Below, piece after piece: positions 1 through 10,779 of a DNA stretch of 64,000 nt (positions are counted from its first letter, which is position 1; every line of letters starts with the position of its first letter). Under the pieces are notes generated by a model. That model saw nothing but the letters and a program-made list of their open reading frames with translations. It was not told the DNA's origin and did no database searches. This DNA is from the human T2T-CHM13v2.0 reference genome, Homo sapiens, in NCBI RefSeq assembly GCF_009914755.1, contig NC_060941.1; one strand, given 5' to 3'. The position numbers and the translations under genes are program-made.

Positions 1-22
1 GAAATAAAACTGTTAAGAACTC

Positions 23-64
23 TGATTTAGTCAGGGTTCTCCAGAGAAACAGAAGTGATAGAAG

Positions 65-99
<35 letters not shown>

Positions 100-100
100 C

Positions 101-133
<33 letters not shown>

Positions 134-281
134 CAGAGAGCGAGAGAAGAAGTGAAGAGAAGACATTTATTAGGAGAATTGGCTTATCTGATTTCAGAGG
201 CTAAGAAGTCTCATAATAGGCCATGTGCAAGCTGGAGAACCAAGAAAGTTGTTAGCATGGCTCAGTCCAAATCCAGAGGCC
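23..281 (-). mobile_element. MLT2-type (ERVL) LTR fragment
   Basis: ttagtcagggttctccagagaaacaga...gaattggct...gaagtctca...tgcaagctggagaaccaagaaag matches the reverse complement of the MLT2 LTR 3' end. Confidence 0.75.
66..146. repeat. compound (TG)n(TA)n(AG)n microsatellite
   Basis: directly visible, inside the MLT2 LTR. Confidence 0.95.
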
Positions 282-1388
282 TTTCCAGACTTTACCACTA
301 ATCAATACACTATATTTAGAAAGGTATCATAATAAGTCTCTATTTCAATTTAAAATTCTCTATTTTCAGAGACAATGAAGGACAAAGGGTCAAATTTTAC
401 AATTATTGTGAAAAGAGATTATAGAGAAAGGGCCTGGATAATACCAAAAATAGAAGAAAGAACCATCCATCTGGGGCAGAGAATCAGCAGTGATATTACT
501 TGAAATATGGAAATTAATAATATGTAAGGTTGAGTTTAAGATCTAAAATATAAAAGTTAAATTTAAATCTAACATATATGATTTAACTCTCTAGAATATA
601 TCTACTCAATTATATGAAACAAGCGGGCTGATTCTCAATACTTTATCAATAATAAAGGTTTTTCCAAATAGTTTTGAAGAAATATCAAAGTGTCTAAAAA
701 AAAAGCCTTAGACCATGAACCATAGAGAAAAAGACAAGGTTTGCCATGAAAAGTGAATAACCTTTTTATTTCCAGTTGTGATGTGTTGATACAAACCATT
801 AGCACTTTCATTTCAGTGAATTATGCCAGTTCTTGCTTTACCTTGTCAAGATTATATATATGATTATATAAGCCAAACATGCTTCCAAGCTGTAACTCAC
901 ACCAAAATAATAAAGACTGCGAATGAACGACTATATTTAATAAAAAACAAAATCATACACTTATTTTAGATTTGAAAATGTTTGGGCAATAGGTTAATTA
1001 GATCTCTTTTGAGTGTTTTGTTTGGGATGTGTGTGCATATGAATCTGAGTGTATGTCTTTGTGTGTGTCATCAGCTCAACCCACCTTGAAGAAAAAAATA
1101 TGATAAAATAAATAAATAAAATATATATTATCAGAATTCGGTACAGATAAAAAGTACAAAATTTGATGAAGATCTCTGTCTTGTTTATCATTACACAAGA
1201 AAGGAAAAAATTGGAATATAAGGCAAAAATTGTTTGTTCATACTAGCTACTTTTGAACACTGCTCTGCCCAACAATTTTGCATCCATTAAAATAAATATA
1301 AGAATCAAATATTTCAAAGCAATGCTATAAAATACTTGTATGTAGAAATTTGTTGATGCCCTCCTCAGCATCCTGTCCATGTCTTATT

Positions 1389-1840
1389 TTATATCAGCAC
1401 AATTCACAATTGCAAAAACATGTAACGAGCCCAAATGCCCATCAATAAGTAGATTAAGAAATTGTGATATAAAAAAATAAATATATGGGGATACTATTCA
1501 GCCACAAAACGAAAAAATAATGGGGATTCACAGCAACCTGGATGGAATCAGAGACTATTATTCTAAGTGAAGTAACGTCAGAATGGAAAACCAAACATCG
1601 TATGCCCTCGCTCGTATGCGGGAACTAAGCTATGAGGATGCAAAGGCATTAGACTACTACAATGGACTTTGGGGACTTGGGAGAAAGGGTGTGGGGCGTG
1701 AGGAATAAAAGACTACAAATTGGATAGTGTATACTGCACAGGTGTTGGGTGCATCAAAATCTCACTAATCACCTCTAAAGAACTTACTCTTATAATCAAA
1801 CACCACCTGTTCCCTAAAAACCTATGGAAATAAAATAAAA
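1389..1840 (+). mobile_element. L1PB-type LINE-1 3' end
   Basis: cagcacaattcacaattgcaaaa, ctaagctatgaggatgcaaaggcat, caccacctgttccctaaaaacctatggaaataaaa. Confidence 0.88.
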
Positions 1841-1874
1841 TGAAGAAATTTTGTGTATGCATACCACATATTTT

Positions 1875-3045
1875 TTAACTTTTTTCACAGGTTCATTGAG
1901 ATATAATTTATATATTATTTAATTCACTCATATAAAGTATAAAATTCAATTTTTTAGTGCATTAAGTGGGTGAATATGCAATCACCACAACATAATTCTA
2001 GAACATTTTTATGCTCCTTAAAAGAAACCTTGCGCCCATTAGCAATCTTTCCTCATTTTCCCTACTCTTTCTTTAAACCCCTCCCAGCCTTAGGCAACCA
2101 TCCATCTACTTCCTAACTAAGGATTTGCCTATTCTGGAAGGATTTGCCTATCCTAGACATTTCATGTAAGTGGAATCATAATAATATATAGTTACATGTG
2201 TCTCACTACTTTCACTTATTATGTTTTCAATGTTCATCCTTTTTGGAGCATGTATTAATACCTTTTTCTTTTTCATTGCCAAGTAATGTATTTTATGGAC
2301 AGGCCACATTTTATTAATCTACTCCTCAATTGATGAACATTTCTGTTGTTTCCTACTTTTTGTTGCTATAAATACTTGTATGCTACTTTTTGTGTAGACG
2401 TTTGTTTTAATTTTTTTGGTGTACACATAGGAGTGAATTACTGAGTCACGTGGTAATTCTATACTTAAACTTTTGAAGAACTGTTTCATTTTTCTGCATG
2501 ATGCTTGCCAATTATCCCAGCACCATATATTGAAGAGTGTCCTTTCCCCACTTTATGTTTTGTTTGCTTTATCAAATATCAGATCTGTAGATTGCTTTGG
2601 GTAGCATTGAGATTTTGACAATATTATTTTTTGAGTTCATAAATATAGGATATTTTTCTATTTATTTATGTCACTTCCAACTTTCATCAATGTGCTATAA
2701 TTTTCAGTATACACATTTTTCACATCCTACATTAAAATTACTCCTTAGTATTTTATTTACTTATATATTTGTTTTGATGCTACTATAAATGTAATTACTT
2801 TATTAATTTATTTTTCAGATAGTTTATCATGGGTGTTTAGAAACAAGAATACTATTTGTATGTTAATTTTGTAACTCTCAACTTTATTGAATGTGTTTAT
2901 CAGCTTTAACGGGTTTTTTTGGTGGAGTCTAAGATTTTCTTTATGTTAGGATTACATTTTCAGAAAACACAGACGATCTCACCCCTTCCTTTCCTATTTG
3001 GATGCCTTTCATTTCTTGGCCTTGTATAATTACTCTGGATAGTAG
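1875..3045 (-). mobile_element. old L1M (L1MB-like 3' end plus ORF2 fragments)
   Basis: ttgagatataattta..., aaaagaaaccttgcgcccattagc, cccagcaccatatattgaagagtgtcctttccc, tttggatgcctttcatttc. Confidence 0.75.
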
Positions 3046-3949
3046 ATTACATACAATGTTTTCAGCATTTGTAATTTGACATGAAATCCATCTGTTGCAA
3101 TACACTGATTTTCACTTTTCAACTTGAAAACCTGGACATTTATCACTACTCTCCCTTTCTCTTGGTCTAGTCCTTATTTAAAAAAAAAACCTACCAATCT
3201 AAACTAGGATAATTATTTTTCTATAAAACAATTTCAAAGGCATTTAAAAAATTTAACAATTTTTAAACTTTCTATGTCAATGATTTTAAACTGCGGTCTC
3301 TCAAAACAAATCCAATACCTTTAGTAGGAAAAATTATGTTAATTCCTACACTATCATTGGGTCTAGCCAAGAGTTGATATTAATAGATATGCTTATTTAT
3401 TACCTTGTTCTAACAGTTGTAGTGTAAGTCTTGAAAATCAAGTAAAAATTTGTAAAGATTATAATCGCACAAACTCCCTCTCTCATGAGGCACACAGTTA
3501 ATCCAAAATATTATTTCTAACTTACCATAAAGCCAACAAGTAAATACAATGTAGTGTTTAAAAATAATCATAAGTATATTCTAGAAATGAAACATTAATT
3601 GATACTATTTATTGAATATCTCATATTTATTTACATAGAAACAAAGGAATCAAAAGCATATTATGTAACATTGAAATGACTAAAAATACTTGAGATAGCA
3701 TTGCTACATAAATGCTATGTAAATGCTGACAAAAGTAAAAATGCCATTCGCTACATTTGCTAAACATACTGTGACACATTATAAGTATTTTAAAGATATA
3801 TCACTAATGCTTGGGTCAAGTGGGCAAAAATGATTCTAAGTATTTAATTGTGGAAAAATTTAGTGCAGGGGATAGTATTCATGTGATGGAAAAATTTTAA
3901 GTGGAACTCAGAGATTAGAAGCAGCAGGAAGTTTTAATAACGTACCAGG

Positions 3950-4866
3950 TGCAGTGTATAGGATACAAGACAGAACTATAGGTAAAGTCTGAGTCTTTCC
4001 AGCATAGCTAGGAGACATGGCTAACTCCACCTGTCCCCAGGCCTTACCTAGAAGTTGAACAGCTCCAAACCAGGTAAACAGAACAATTTTCCAAAGTCAA
4101 TCAATTTATGACGTTAAAGCACTTCTAAAATTTAACCTCTGACTTAAATTAGACAAAATGGATAAATTTTGATGATTTTTTTACCAATGATTTTAACACT
4201 GTCTTTATTTCCCAAAGATTACTGAAGTCATGTGAAATAAAAGGCATTGGAGATTCTATTTTTCTGACAAAATATGTAAGAGCCTTCCTTTTCTTCTAAG
4301 CCAAGTAATTAGGGCTCCTTTATATATATACATACATACACAACACTTCTAGACAGGAAACGATCTAGCAGTTGTAAGTTTTTCTTTCTCATTTTATGAA
4401 TCCTAACACAACTTCCATAGACCATCTATGACATGAACTTTCTGACTTTTCCTGTATTTCCCTCTTTCATAATTAGTCATTCTACTTTAGGACAAGAATT
4501 TGCCATACAAGATCCTCTCTCTTGTAACATTTATTTCCTTCATAACTTTCTTACCATAAATACATCTTCATATCCACAACTTTCTTTACATCTCCCTCCC
4601 CGACTGATTTCTGATCCCCATCCAAACCTAAAAGGTCAGATAACACAAAGCAAAACAAGGGAGAGCTTTACATTTTGAGAGAGACCTGTCTGCCTGAAGT
4701 TCTTGGGATTCCATGAGGACAAAGAGGTTTCTCCTAAAATGGGTTTTGTAGCACCTTCTGTTTTTCTTTAAGGAGTCCCAGCCTGTCAGAAATTACCTTA
4801 GATCCTCTCATGTGGGCACTGAGTGGCAACAAGACAGACTAGGGAACACTGGCAACAAGACAGACA
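3950..4866 (-). mobile_element. ERV1 (MER4-group) internal-region fragments
   Basis: tttccagcatagctagg, cccaaagattactgaagtcatgtgaaataaaaggcatt and gaggtttctcctaaaatggg...aaggagtcccag resemble MER4-group internal sequence. Confidence 0.55.
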
Positions 4867-4893
4867 ACTGAGTAGAAAAAGAAAAACTACAGT

Positions 4894-4985
4894 CCCCACT
4901 GTAAAGATGGATAAACTGAGGCATCATGCAGTTTAAAAATGCATGTTACATAGAGTTGGGCTCCACAGCTCACTCTCTTAACCAT
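4894..4985 (-). mobile_element. MIR fragment
   Basis: cccactgtaaagatggataaactgaggcat...ctcttaaccat. Confidence 0.5.
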
Positions 4986-6775
4986 CCTGTAATTTTGCCT
5001 AACCTATGCCCAGTCACTGATGCACCTGTATGGTACTTCATGGCCCCCTTAGAGCTTAGAACCTGGGTTTCATTCCTGCTCTACAGCTATATAATTTAAC
5101 AATTTTCTTCTGAATTTGTTGGATTCTAACCCTATGCTTCTAAAATTTTATTAATATTACTGAATCTTAAAGGGAGCTTTAAGATGTCTTTAGTCTTTAG
5201 AAATACTAAACCTATAAACAAAGGACTATATGAAGTTAAAACTGTATTCAAATTTCTACATGTTTTAAGACACTGAGGCAACGTATTAAGAAACACACCT
5301 AAGACAATCAATCTACTCTGGACAAAAATTTAGATATGGTCTCTTCTAAATAAGCTACCTAGTGGTATTTATACATATTCTTCCTTATATCAACCGTATC
5401 TTACATGCTCATAGCCTTAAAAATAACTAAAAAGTGTCAGAATTATAGGCCTTACACATTTCTGTTGGCTTGAAAAATGATACAAAATGCATAAACTTCT
5501 AGAGTGATCAGTTTAAAAAAGGAGTTCATACCAAAGGTAGTAATACTAGGAATCAAAGAGGGCTAAACTCTGCAGGTTTTTAAAGGTGAAAGTTAATAAA
5601 ACCTTGTTTTTCATTGTGAATCTTTGCCTTACAACATTATACACATGATTCTTCCCCCTTCTTTTTCCTCTTGCAAAGATGTGGTGATGAACCCTTTGCT
5701 CATGCAGATGACAATACTCTTGAAAATGGTGGCAGAGAAAAAAAATGAAGGGAATATGGTTCACTTAATCATCTCATAAATTAGAACTTATTACCCCTGT
5801 GACTCCTGAATAGCTCCAGAAAAAATATGTGAGAGACATGAAATGGCTGTTTGCTACCAATATTTTATGTGATGCTTCATTTTTTGATTCCTTGAAGAAC
5901 ACAACGCATTAGCCCATTTATGCGAGAGGTTGCAACTTTTTGAATTTTTGCATAAGTGAAAAATTAGACCTTGTCGATGACATTTAGCAGTAGGATACAA
6001 GTAATTCCCACGTGCTTGGCGTGGAACACTAGGCATAAGTGGGTTAACACAATTACGAAAGCATAGCTATTCAAGTAACTAATTATACAACTGACTTTTT
6101 TTTCCTCATCTCTAAAACATAGGGATCAGTTATTTAAAAAACACAGTGACAAGTATTTTATTTTTAACTCAGTTTTGGTTTGTTAAGGGCGTTGCTTGGC
6201 ATAAAAAAAACAAAAACAGGAGGAGAAACAAGAATACAAACATGACATAGAAGCAGTAGCAAAAGAAAATGAAGAGTATCAAGAAAATGAGAAGAAAATA
6301 CACAATGGAAGAAAGGAAAAAGAACAGGTGTGGGAATTAAAAGGCCTATTATGATACCTTTTATCCCCTCCTCGATTCATAAAATTTGAGTAACTCCAAG
6401 AGTATCACAACAAAAAACAAGCAAAAGGATACACAAATAGTCACCCCCTAAATTTGGTTAGGAATGAGATAATGCTGCCACTCAAGCCTAGCTCGGGCAC
6501 CAGCAGGAGGAGGGCACCCTCCAGAGACTGCAGGAGAAGGGGGAGGACTCCTCTTTGCCCTATATGTACCACCACCACTGCCACCGAGGCCTTCGTTACA
6601 ACACCCACAGGTTCCTCCCCACCCCAGAACGGGATGGGCCCTGCAGTGCTCCTACTCCCCCTTCCCAGCCCCCAGACTTCCTACTGCTACCACCACTAGC
6701 GCCGATGCCAATACAACCACTGTCACCCTCAATGTACCAGCCCACCCTACCAGGCTCCTACCACCTGGTCCCCGT

Positions 6776-6925
6776 GGGTGCCCTCCTACCGCTCCAGTTG
6801 AGCTGCAGTCTCCATCTCTACCACCAACTTCATGAGGCAAGTTTCAGAGCCATGTCATCTGCTCGACCATACCACTGGCGACTCCTCCTTCTCCTCCTGC
6901 AGCCTGGCTTGGAGCAGCTGGGCAG
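6776..6925 (+). repeat. isolated diverged ACRO1-like satellite unit
   Basis: ccctcctaccgctccagttgagctgcagtctcc...ccaccaac...gagcagct aligns by eye with the units at 8128-8420. Confidence 0.55.
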
Positions 6926-7529
6926 GCAAAGCTAGAAAAGCCCAAAACGGGACTCAGGGAGTGCAACCGTTAGAGCCTCACCTTGTCATGCTGGTGACTG
7001 GGTTTCAGGGATCAGTTTCATTGAAGGCACTCACACCCACTTCCAAAGTCCAGCCTCTCCTCTTCTGGCAAAAGCTGGCCAGGAACTGGGGCCTGGGGTG
7101 GGAGTGAGTGCCTTCACTGAAACCAGCCCCTGGCCAAGTCCAGCTGGCCAGGAATTGCTGGGCCCACCAAGGCTGCCCTCCTCAGGGAGCCTGAGTAGGA
7201 GAAACTCAGACCCAGCCAGCCCTCCCCACCCAAGAGCTGGTTCCCTTTCCTGACACCTCCACCCAAAGTGCCCTGTCCCCCACTTCCCCCATGGTGCCTC
7301 CTACTACCTACCCGGTAGTCCCAGGTGGTCTTCCCAACACAGAGCATGAGGGCGGGCCAGAAAACCACAGTGGGTGTGGGGGCCCTGCCCTGCAATCTAG
7401 CTCGAGCGGGAGAAAATTGCCTTCTAGAGTCTGGCATCTGAGAAGAGAACGATCCCTTACTTGGAGACCACCAGAAGAAGGAGGCCACTGCTGTCACTGC
7501 CGCCACCACCTCCTCAGCTCGCCAGCGCC

Positions 7530-8100
7530 ACTGGCAGTGTAGCCCCCATAGCACCCCTAATCTGCCCCCTGCCACTAGTAGTGTAGCCCCCGGATAGCAC
7601 ATCCAACACACCCTAGTTTCAGGCAATGTAACCCCAATATCCCCCTAAAGCACTCCCTCCACACCTCAGGGAGCATAACACCCGGTAGTTCTCACAATCT
7701 GACCCAGCCACAGGCAGTTCAGCTCCTGATGGCGCACTCCCCAGTCACAGGCAGTGCAGCACCCAACAACGCCCCTAAACCACCGCCCACTGCCAGCATT
7801 GTAGCCCCGGATAACTCCACCCAACCCACCCCCTGCCGCGGGTAGTGCAGCAGAAGATAGTGCCCCTAATCCTTCCCCAGCCACCTGCAGTACACATTAG
7901 TGTACACAATCTGCCTCCCCGACACCACCCCTGCCACCATGGGCTGTATAGCCCCGGATAGCCAGCCAACCTGCCCCACTACCAGCAATGCAACACTGGA
8001 GAGTGCCCCCAACCAGACCACTGCCACAGGCAGAGTAGCCTCTAGCAGTGAGCGCCAATAGGACACCCAACCCTTGTCCCCAGAGGCATACGGGGCAGCC
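7530..8100. repeat. degenerate C-rich ~44-bp minisatellite, about 12 copies
   Basis: recurring ggcagtgtagccccggatagcgcccccaacc...ccctgcc anchors near 7534, 7577, 7622, 7713, 7750, 7795, 7841, 7942, 7985 and 8029. Confidence 0.85.
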
Positions 8101-8127
8101 TCAGAAAACTCACCTACCCCATCACAT

Positions 8128-8420
8128 TTCTACCACTGTGGCCGAGCTGCAGTCTCTGACGTCACCACCAACCACAGCGAGGTAAGCCACGGTGGCACAG
8201 GCTCCAGCCTCCAGCATGTGGCGGTTCCTCTTCGTTCTAGTCCTCCAGCCCAGCAGGAGAAGCTCCTGCTGCCGGCTGCCCTCCTACTGCTCTCTCGCCA
8301 CCACCAACCGCAGCGAGGTAGTGTCCCAGGCTCCAGGCTCCATCCATCCTCCAGTCTCCAGCAAGCGGAAGGTTGCGGCCTCTTCCAGTTTTCTAAGTTG
8401 GGCACAGAGCAGCTCCTCTG
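8128..8420 (+). repeat. two tandem ACRO1-like satellite units (~136 bp period)
   Basis: caccaccaacc(a/g)cagcgagg at about 8163 and 8299, each followed by caggctccag...ctccagc; family name from recall. Confidence 0.6.
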
Positions 8421-8457
8421 CTTGGCACAGAAGAGCCTGAAATGACGTGACACGACC

Positions 8458-8720
8458 TCAGCATGCTTTATATACCGAGGTTAATGCAAATGTGGTTCCT
8501 GGACTACATGTTCTGATAGGACGAGAAAAAAACCTCTAGGCCTACTCTGATTGGACTTTATTTTCATGCTGTGATTTGTTGTGTTAAGACTTGCTCTCAT
8601 CCAATTACAACATTATAATAAAGTCCAATCAGAGTAAGCCTGGAGGTTTTTTCTCATCTACTCAAAACATGCAGCCCAGGAACCCTCCTGGGCATAACTG
8701 CAGTATATAAATGATGCTGA
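8458..8720. promoter_or_regulatory. palindromic bidirectional Pol II promoter-like element
   Basis: arms 8458-8578 and 8601-8720 are reverse complements; TATATAAA on - (8467-8474) and + (8704-8711); CCAAT at 8550-8554(-), 8601-8605(+) and 8625-8629(+); octamer ATGCAAAT at 8484-8491. Confidence 0.7.
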
Positions 8721-8774
8721 AGAGGGATGAGGTTTTTTCGGGTTCATGTATCTTCCTGTGGAGTTGCTCGGTGT

Positions 8775-8898
8775 AGAGGACTAGGAATCAGGAGTCACTG
8801 GCCTCCTATGCTAGGGGCTGGAGCCGTGGGAGCGGCGGCTCACCTCGCTGTGGTTGTTGGCAGCGACGGAGCTGGCAGCGCGGCTGGAGTGGTAGGAG
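8775..8898 (-). repeat. inverted ACRO1-like unit
   Basis: reverse complement reads ctcctaccactccagccgcgctgccagctccgtcgctgccaacaaccacagcgaggtgagcc...ggctccagcc. Confidence 0.65.
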
Positions 8899-8899
8899 A

Positions 8900-10122
8900 C
8901 GGAAAACAGTTTTAGGATAGATGGAGGGGAGTAAAGAGGGTAGATAGTGCCAAAGGGAAAAAAAGGTAGCTTAGTCAGAGAAGGAGTTGCAAAAAGGTGG
9001 TAGTGAAAAGATGGTGGGGGAAAAAGTTTTTGGGTAGATGGAGGCAGAAAAACAGGGTGGGGAGTGGGAAGGAAGGAAGGTTTTGCAGAAAGACGGTGGG
9101 TAAAAAGTTTAAAGGTAGATGGAGGGGGAAAAGAGGGCGTCAAGTGGGAGGAGGAAAAAGAGGGAGATGATGGGGGAAAACGGGGGTGAGCAGTAGGGAG
9201 AGAAGGTTTCGTGAAAAGATGGTGGGGTGAAAATAGAGTGGGGGGGGAAGGTTTTTGGGTAGAGGAGCAAAAGAGGGCAGCAAGTGGGAGAAGGAAAAAG
9301 AGGGTAGCCAGCAGGAGGAAGACAAAGTTTTGTGAAAAGACAGTGGCAGAAAAGAAAGACCATGGACAAAGAAAAGACGGTGGGTGAAAAGTGTTTCGAT
9401 AGATGGAGGGGGGAAAGAGGGTGACGAGGAAAGAGGGTAGCAAGAGGGAGCAGGGATAGAGGGTTGGGAAAACGACGGAAAAATAATTTGGGGTAGATGG
9501 AGGGCAAAAAAGAGGGTGGCAAGCAGGATGGGGAAAGAAGAGCATGAGCGGTAAAGGGAGGAGACTTTGAAAAGATGGTGGGGAAAGTTTTTGGGGGTAG
9601 ATGGAGGGGGAAAAGATGGAGGTGAGCAGGAGTGGGGAGAAGGCTTTGTGAAAAGACGGGGGGTGGAAATGTTTTTGGGTAGATGGAGAAGGGAAAGAGA
9701 ATGGCAAGGAGGAACGGGGGAAAGATGATGATGAGAACAGTTTTTGGGTGGATGAAGGGGAAAAGAGGTTGGTGAGCAGCAGGAGTGGGGAGAAGGTTTA
9801 GGGAAAAGACGGGGGAAAATGTTTTTGCTTAGATGAAGGAGCAAAAGAGGGTGGTGAGAGTGGGAGGGGGAAAAAGAGGGTGGCCAGGGTAAGGGGAAAA
9901 GACGGTGGGAAGAAACTGGGGAAAGGGTTTGGGTAGATGGATGGGGAAAAGAGTGTTGAGCAGGAGAGTAGAGAAGGCTTTGTGAAATGAGGGTGGGCAA
10001 AAAATGGTGAAGTTTGGGGGCAGATGGCAGAAGAAAAAGGGTGGCGAGAGGGAGGGGGCTAAAGGCGGTCGGGAAAAGAAGGTAGGGAAATAATTTTGGG
10101 GGACAAAGGTTTGGGGTAGATT
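8900..10122. repeat. G/A-rich degenerate tandem array (units about 70-140 bp)
   Basis: tttttgggtagatggagggggaaaagaggg-like anchor recurs 13 times (8918, 9035, 9116, 9260, 9400, 9494, 9598, 9680, 9749, 9830, 9934, 10021, 10117). Confidence 0.9.
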
Positions 10123-10129
10123 TTTTAAA

Positions 10130-10240
10130 ATAAGATTATTTGTATTTTTGATTTTGATGAGTTCTTTATTTTGTGTATGAACCCCTTGCCTGATGCATAG
10201 TTTGCAAATACTTGCTTCCATTCTCTGGGTTGTTTCTTCA
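10130..10240 (-). mobile_element. L1 ORF2 fragment
   Basis: gagttctttattttgtgtatgaaccccttgcctgatgcatagtttgcaaata. Confidence 0.7.
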
Positions 10241-10262
10241 TTTTTAAAAAATTTTAATTTAA

Positions 10263-10550
10263 TTTTTTTTTGACGGAGTCTTGCTCTGTCGCCCAGGTTC
10301 AGTGCAGTGGCACAATCTCTGCTCAATGCAAGCTCTGCCTCCTGGGTTCACACCATTTTCCTGCCTGGGCCTCCTGAGTAGCTGGAACTACAGGCGCCTG
10401 CCACCACGCCAGGACACTTTTTTTGTATTTTTAGTAGAGACGGGGTTTCACCGTGTTAGCCAGGATGGTCTCGATCTCCTGATCTCGTGATCCGCTGGCC
10501 TCGGCCTCCCAAAGTGCTGGGATTACAGGCGTGAGCCACTGTGCCTGGCC
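10263..10550 (-). mobile_element. AluY
   Basis: full-length Alu with gcaagctctgcctcc, ttcacaccatt and ccgtgttagccaggatgg diagnostics. Confidence 0.93.
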
Positions 10551-10779
10551 TTGAAACATAACTTTATTTTTTATTTTTGTATTTGTATATATACTTTAGT
10601 AGCCCTGAGTTTTAATAAAGTTGCCTTTAAAATATGTATCTTATTTTTCAGAAATATACCCTAAGGCATGTGATTAGTTGGGTGGCATGTTCTTTAGTTT
10701 TTACAATTGAAGGATTGTCATTCCTTTATACAAAAAAAGTGAATTTTTATCATATGCTAGAGGAAAGAAGGTAGATACT

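Noticed and set aside
6454-8453. Cluster of overlapping 60-170 aa ORFs in the GC island
   Set aside because: Present in several frames on both strands with no recognisable domain, as expected in GC-rich repeats.
8130-8453. Histone gene downstream of the H2B-like promoter
   Set aside because: No histone-fold sequence or histone 3' stem-loop is seen on either side.
8501-8515. ZNF143/THAP11-type ACTACA motif
   Set aside because: Only the ACTACA half matches, the TCCC part is missing, and the mirror arm does not conserve it.
8811-10000. Long minus-strand ORFs of 298 and 286 aa
   Set aside because: P/S/F/L-rich translations of the pyrimidine strand of the GA array. They are open in overlapping frames because stop codons are compositionally rare.
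7530-10122. CRISPR-like repeat-spacer array
   Set aside because: Eukaryotic context, degenerate units, non-unique spacers and no cas genes.
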